From Bdellovibrionota bacterium FG-1 (GTDB lineage Bacteria; Bdellovibrionota; UBA1018): a DNA stretch of 12,495 nt. The stretch lies in the NCBI GenBank assembly GCA_051382295.1, contig JBBCAW010000094.1, positions 1-12,495 of the forward strand, given 5' to 3'. Below the pieces are notes generated by a model. The model ran no database searches and was not told where the DNA came from. It worked only from the letters and a program-made list of their open reading frames with translations. The position numbers were made by a program, and so were the translations under genes. This document shows positions 8,488 through 12,495 of the stretch, piece after piece. Each line of letters begins with the position of its first letter. Positions within the stretch are counted from its first letter, which is position 1.

Positions 8488-9044
8488 GTATCTTGGGAAG
8501 AGTAGGAAAGTGGGAATTTCGCTGGAAAACCGCGCCGCATGGGCCTGCGGGAGTCGCGCACATTGAGGTTAGCCGGGTGGATGGTGAAAAAAAATCCCCC
8601 TCTCAACCTGAATGGATCGAACTGCGCTGGAGGCGGGATTCGGATGGAATTTGGATTGAATTGCCCAGTGGTGTCCATGGTTTTGATCTTCAGGGTGAAA
8701 TTGCCGACGACGGCCGGCCGGTTTTTCAGGTGATGGAGCGGGGCGGGGCGGGACACTGGCAGGGACTTTCGTACTTGCGTCCAGGCGAACAACTCATTGC
8801 TGATAATGCCGCGAGTGGAAAAAAAGTGGTCCGAATGCGCTCTCAAATGCCAGGGAAGATTTTGCGGCTTCATATTAAATCGGGCGACCATGTTGAAAAA
8901 GGTCAGTCTTTGATGGTGATGGAAGCCATGAAAATGGAAAACGAAATCCGCGCACCTCAGGCTGGGGTGGTGGGGCAGGTGAAGGTAATTGAAGGGCAGG
9001 CCGTAGAGACCGGCGTGGATCTTTGCATGCTGGAACCCGTTTAA
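8484..9044 (+). CDS. Biotin carboxyl carrier protein with an N-terminal extension, about 186 aa
   Basis: SQMPGKI...[22 protein letters not shown] contains the biotinylated AMKM lysine. GTG 8484 overlaps the upstream TGA (GTGA) and has GAAGGGG upstream. Confidence 0.92.
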   Translation: MSILGRVGKWEFRWKTAPHGPAGVAHIEVSRVDGEKKSPSQPEWIELRWRRDSDGIWIELPSGVHGFDLQGEIADDGRPVFQVMERGGAGHWQGLSYLRPGEQLIADNAASGKKVVRMRSQMPGKILRLHIKSGDHVEKGQSLMVMEAMKMENEIRAPQAGVVGQVKVIEGQAVETGVDLCMLEPV

Positions 9045-9076
9045 TATTTTTCGATCCTAACACTCGGAGCTCGTTC

Positions 9077-10699
9077 ATGAAGACAAACAAGCCTCATTCA
9101 AATTCTTCTGCAAATCGTTCCGGTATCTCGATTCGCGAAACTTATTGGCCGAATGAAAAGACGCAGTTTTTGAGTAAAGAAGATTCTGCGCGTGGACATT
9201 TAGGAGAGCCGGGAGGTTTTCCGTTCACACGAGGCGTTCAGAAAGACATGTATCGGGGTCGGCTTTGGACCATGCGTCAGTATGCTGGCTTTGGAACTGC
9301 GGAAGAAAGTAATCGCCGTTACCATTATTTGCTTTCGCAGGGGACCACGGGGCTTTCAGTTGCTTTCGATCTGCCGACCCAATTGGGATATGATCCAGAT
9401 CACGTGCGTTCCAAGGGAGAAGTGGGCAAAGTAGGTGTATCGATTTCAACGCTTGATGATATGCGCACGCTTTTTGATGGAATTGATCTCGCAAAAGTAT
9501 CCACCTCGATGACGATCAACGCGACCGCGAGTATCTTGTTGGCCTTTTACGTTGCCGTAGCGCAGGAGCGCGGGGTGGAGATCCGTGATCTTCGTGGGAC
9601 CGTTCAAAATGACGTCCTTAAGGAATATGTGGCGCGCGGCAATTATATTTACCCGCCTCAAGGTGCACTTCGGCTAGCGACGGATATGTTCGCCTGGTGT
9701 TCTCAGAATACCCCAAAGTGGAATCCGATTTCCATTTCCGGATATCACATCCGAGAAGCGGGCTCGACTGCTGTACAGGAACTCGCGTTCACCTTTGCGA
9801 ATGCGATCGCCTATGTGGACGCAGCCGTAAAAGCCGGCTTGAGCATCGACCAGTTCGCGGGACAGCTTTCGTTTTTCTTCAACGTTCATAATGATTTTTT
9901 CGAAGAAATTGCCAAATTTCGTGCGGCCCGTCGTATTTGGGCCAAAATTATGAAAGAGCGGTTTGGTGCTCGAGATCCCCGGAGTTGCATGCTGAGGTTC
10001 CATTCCCAAACAGCGGGTTCGACCTTGACCGCGCAGCAGCCACAAAATAATATTGTACGTGTAGCCTTGCAAGCGCTCGCCTCGGTGTTGGGGGGCACGC
10101 AGTCATTGCATACCAATTCGATGGACGAGGCTTTGGCCTTGCCCACCGAGACGTCCGCGCGATTGGCTCTGCGAACTCAACAGATTATTGCCAGCGAAAG
10201 TGGTGTGACACAGACGGTTGATCCGTTGGCTGGAAGTTGGTTTGTCGAGGAGCTGACTCAAGAGCTTGAGACCCGCACTTTTGCTTACTTAGATGAGGTG
10301 GAAAAGCGCGGGGGAACCGTTCCTTGTATTGAAAACGGCTATATTCAAAATGAAATTTCCACCTCTGCCTACACCGACCAGCAGGCCATTGATGAGGGAC
10401 GAATTCAGGTCGTGGGTGTGAACTGTCATCAGGAAAATTCTCATGCGACGCCGGTTGAAATTTTACGGATATCACCTGAACTGGAAAAAACAGCGGCTGC
10501 TCAGGTAAAAGCTTATCGAGCCAAACGCGACACGCTGGCCGCCCAGGCCTCATTAGGGGCGGTAGCGGCAGGCGTGAAATCCGGCCAGAATTTGATGGGT
10601 TTGATTCTGACCGCGGCGCAAGCGGGTGCTACCTTGGGTGAAATATCAGACGCCATGCGGGGTGAGTTCGGGCTTTATCGCGAATATTCTGGGTTTTGA
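9077..10699 (+). CDS. Methylmalonyl-CoA mutase, substrate-binding large subunit (no cobalamin-binding domain), about 540 aa
   Basis: [87 protein letters not shown] and ATLGEI. No DxHxxG motif. RBS GGAG at 9066-9069. Confidence 0.93.
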   Translation: MKTNKPHSNSSANRSGISIRETYWPNEKTQFLSKEDSARGHLGEPGGFPFTRGVQKDMYRGRLWTMRQYAGFGTAEESNRRYHYLLSQGTTGLSVAFDLPTQLGYDPDHVRSKGEVGKVGVSISTLDDMRTLFDGIDLAKVSTSMTINATASILLAFYVAVAQERGVEIRDLRGTVQNDVLKEYVARGNYIYPPQGALRLATDMFAWCSQNTPKWNPISISGYHIREAGSTAVQELAFTFANAIAYVDAAVKAGLSIDQFAGQLSFFFNVHNDFFEEIAKFRAARRIWAKIMKERFGARDPRSCMLRFHSQTAGSTLTAQQPQNNIVRVALQALASVLGGTQSLHTNSMDEALALPTETSARLALRTQQIIASESGVTQTVDPLAGSWFVEELTQELETRTFAYLDEVEKRGGTVPCIENGYIQNEISTSAYTDQQAIDEGRIQVVGVNCHQENSHATPVEILRISPELEKTAAAQVKAYRAKRDTLAAQASLGAVAAGVKSGQNLMGLILTAAQAGATLGEISDAMRGEFGLYREYSGF

Positions 10700-10712
10700 A
10701 CTCGGCTTTAAA

Positions 10713-11651
10713 TTAAAGCGAGATCATCTTGATGAGATCATGCTGACGCCTCACCAGTTCATCGTTTTCAAGGGCCATGAGGCGTTGAATGCTGAAGTCT
10801 TCCACCGTAAAACTGGCCATGACGCATCCTGCGAGGACGGCGCGACGAAGCATTTGTTCCCATTTGGCTGGGTCTTGAGTGGCGAGATTACGGTGAACGC
10901 CCTCTTCAGCGAGAAAACCCATAAAAGCGCCAGCAAAGCTGTCGCCAGCGCCGGTGGGATCCTTCACGATCTGGGTGGGGAAAGCTGGGGCGAGAAAAAT
11001 TCCGCCCGGAGTAAAGAGCATAGCGCCGTATTCACCCCGTTTAATGATCACGACCGAGGGGCCCATTTCCTGAATGATTTTGGCAGCTCGCATGATGTTG
11101 CGTTGACCGGATAAGAGGTAGCTTTCGCCTTCGTTGATGGACAGGACATCCACACGCTTCAGCGTTTTTTTGAGCTCGTCTGGCTTGCCGGTGATCCAGA
11201 AATTCATGCTATCGCAGGCTACGAGTGCGGGGGACGTAATTTGATCCAGCACGCTTTGTTGAAGAATGGGGTCGATATTGGCCAAAAAAACATAACGGGC
11301 TTCACATTGAGCTGGACTCAGGCGGGGATCAAAGTGTTCGAACACATTGAGCGCTGTGGAGAGCGTCCTGGCCTCATTGAGATTGTTATCGTACGCACCT
11401 ACCCAATGAAAGGTCTTGCCTGGGGCGACTTTGATGCCACTGACGTCGATGCGACGTTTAGAAAGCCAATCTAAATGGTGTTGAGGAAAATCTTCACCTA
11501 CGACGCCGACTAGTTGAACTGGCGCGTAAAATGAGGCGGCAATTGAGAAGTAATTGACCGAGCCACCTAAAACCGTATCAGCCTTGCCGGCTGGTGTTTC
11601 GATGGTGTCAAACGCGAGGGAACCCACTGCGAGAATAGAGGCTGATTTCAT
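10713..11651 (-). CDS. PfkB/ribokinase-family carbohydrate or nucleoside kinase
   Basis: N-terminal VGSLAFDTIETP...LGGSVNY, INEGE, IKRGEYGA and the PfkB signature DPTGAGDSFAGAF. Substrate cannot be determined from sequence. Confidence 0.92.
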   Translation of the reverse strand: MKSASILAVGSLAFDTIETPAGKADTVLGGSVNYFSIAASFYAPVQLVGVVGEDFPQHHLDWLSKRRIDVSGIKVAPGKTFHWVGAYDNNLNEARTLSTALNVFEHFDPRLSPAQCEARYVFLANIDPILQQSVLDQITSPALVACDSMNFWITGKPDELKKTLKRVDVLSINEGESYLLSGQRNIMRAAKIIQEMGPSVVIIKRGEYGAMLFTPGGIFLAPAFPTQIVKDPTGAGDSFAGAFMGFLAEEGVHRNLATQDPAKWEQMLRRAVLAGCVMASFTVEDFSIQRLMALENDELVRRQHDLIKMISL

Positions 11652-11662
11652 AGATGGCGCGC

Positions 11663-11692
11663 AGTAAATCGTGAGGCGGACGGTTGTGTCAA
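11663..11692 (-). promoter_or_regulatory. Candidate sigma70 promoter for the PfkB kinase gene
   Basis: TTGACA (11692-11687, overlapping the upstream TGA), N18, TTTACT (11668-11663), then 11 nt to the ATG. No Shine-Dalgarno sequence. Confidence 0.4.
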
Positions 11693-12165
11693 TAGACTAT
11701 TTCATAGGGATCTCGATAAACTGCTTTTTTTGCCGATAACAGGGGGTGTTTCTCGGCCTGGACGGCCTCATCGACCTTTTTTAGAGCGACATCAAAGGCG
11801 CTCCAGGCGTTTCCGGCTGGGTTCCAGTTTTGGGGTGTCTCCTGGCAAGATAAGCAAAATACCACGGGAGCCCCTGAGGCGGTATCGGAGCCAAGCAGGG
11901 CGATCCATTTTCCTTCTGAGGCCACCCAGACGGCTCCTTTTTGGTCGATCAACGAGGGTAGGGTTCGAATGGCTTTTTGAGCAAGAATCGGGTGAGTGAC
12001 TTCGACCATGCCGCGACTGCGCAGGGCGTGTTTCCACATGAGGATGGATGGGGGATGTGTGGTCAGCCAAGTATTGAGGGCTTGAGCCTCTGAAAAATCA
12101 TGGGCCCAAACGCCAAGCACGAGCGCCAGAGTGAGAAAAAAGGTCGTTTTGAGGCCTTGGATCAC
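11689..12165 (-). CDS. Hypothetical membrane-anchored or exported protein, about 158 aa, coupled to the TadE-like gene
   Basis: GTG 12165 overlaps the upstream TGA (GTGA) and places the hydrophobic segment FFLTLALVLGVWA at the N-terminus. Contains a CxxC (CLSC). The ORF track's 12270 start is the alternative. Confidence 0.65.
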   Translation of the reverse strand: MIQGLKTTFFLTLALVLGVWAHDFSEAQALNTWLTTHPPSILMWKHALRSRGMVEVTHPILAQKAIRTLPSLIDQKGAVWVASEGKWIALLGSDTASGAPVVFCLSCQETPQNWNPAGNAWSAFDVALKKVDEAVQAEKHPLLSAKKAVYRDPYEIVY

Positions 12166-12377
12166 CCGAGGAGATGCCGCGCTTGGATTAAGTCGAATTG
12201 ATAGTGTTGATATTCTTTTGTAAAGGCTTGCGAGATGACGATTAAGGTCAACGTGATTAAACCAGTCCATAAAATCGCCTCAATGAGCGCCTGCCCGGAG
12301 TGGGGTGACTCGGGGCTCGGGATGGGTCCATCGGATTTTCCAATGGCATGTGTTAAACGGTTCGTTATTTTCAACAT
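12162..12377 (-). CDS. TadE-like pseudopilin (71 aa)
   Basis: Prepilin-type motif SG|QALIE (Glu at +5) followed by the hydrophobic helix AILWTGLITLTLIVI. GGAG lies 7 nt upstream of the ATG. Confidence 0.65.
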   Translation of the reverse strand: MLKITNRLTHAIGKSDGPIPSPESPHSGQALIEAILWTGLITLTLIVISQAFTKEYQHYQFDLIQARHLLG

Positions 12378-12495
12378 GCGGGAGCTCCAAAGAAAGGACT
12401 AGCGCGGCCGCAGCCCTGGGGGGGTGGTTGAGTTGGATTCGCAGTTGGCTGGGGCCGCGCCACACGAGGGGTAGGGGGCCAATCCGATCGGGGGG
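12280..12495 (-). CDS. 3' part of a hypothetical gene entering from the window edge (...PPDRIGPLPLVW...RAGAH*)
   Basis: The frame is open from 12495 to TGA at 12282-12280, co-directional with and overlapping the TadE-like gene. Confidence 0.45.
   Translation of the reverse strand, partial: PPDRIGPLPLVWRGPSQLRIQLNHPPRAAAALVLSLELPHVENNEPFNTCHWKIRWTHPEPRVTPLRAGAH

Noticed and set aside
8319..11114. Antisense or overlapping ORFs such as 8319-8891, 9674-10072, 10185-10553 and 10626-11114
   Set aside because: They overlap well-supported genes and show no independent evidence.
11717..11739. Sigma28-like TAAA...GCCGATAA on the + strand
   Set aside because: Spacing is 11 rather than about 15, and it lies antisense within a coding region.
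1..12495. CRISPR arrays, IS elements, tRNA or rRNA genes
   Set aside because: No regularly spaced repeats, transposase or integrase motifs, or RNA gene signatures were seen by eye, and the intergenic gaps are short.

Overview
Bacterial chromosomal window of moderate GC. Gene content and protein style suggest a Bdellovibrionota/Oligoflexia-like organism (inference only). Left arm, minus strand: a signal-peptide beta-barrel-like protein, a type 2 (eukaryote-like) isoleucyl-tRNA synthetase and the translationally coupled tRNA methyltransferase TrmO/TsaA. These converge on a partial + strand ORF across two tandem GC-rich hairpins. The divergent 210-bp intergenic region (4754-4963) holds a sigma70-like promoter in each direction plus a full sigma54 set (palindromic candidate enhancer, consensus IHF site, -24/-12 box) in front of a 103-aa orphan secreted protein. 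Next comes a propionyl-CoA to succinyl-CoA cluster: carboxyltransferase, stand-alone biotin carboxylase, biotin carrier protein and a methylmalonyl-CoA mutase large subunit lacking the B12 domain. Right arm, minus strand: a PfkB kinase and the end of a probable Tad/Flp pseudopilin cluster. No RNA genes, mobile elements or CRISPR arrays were seen. Most of the window is housekeeping; the best novelty candidates are the sigma54/IHF-controlled orphan secreted protein and the barrel protein heading the ileS-trmO operon.
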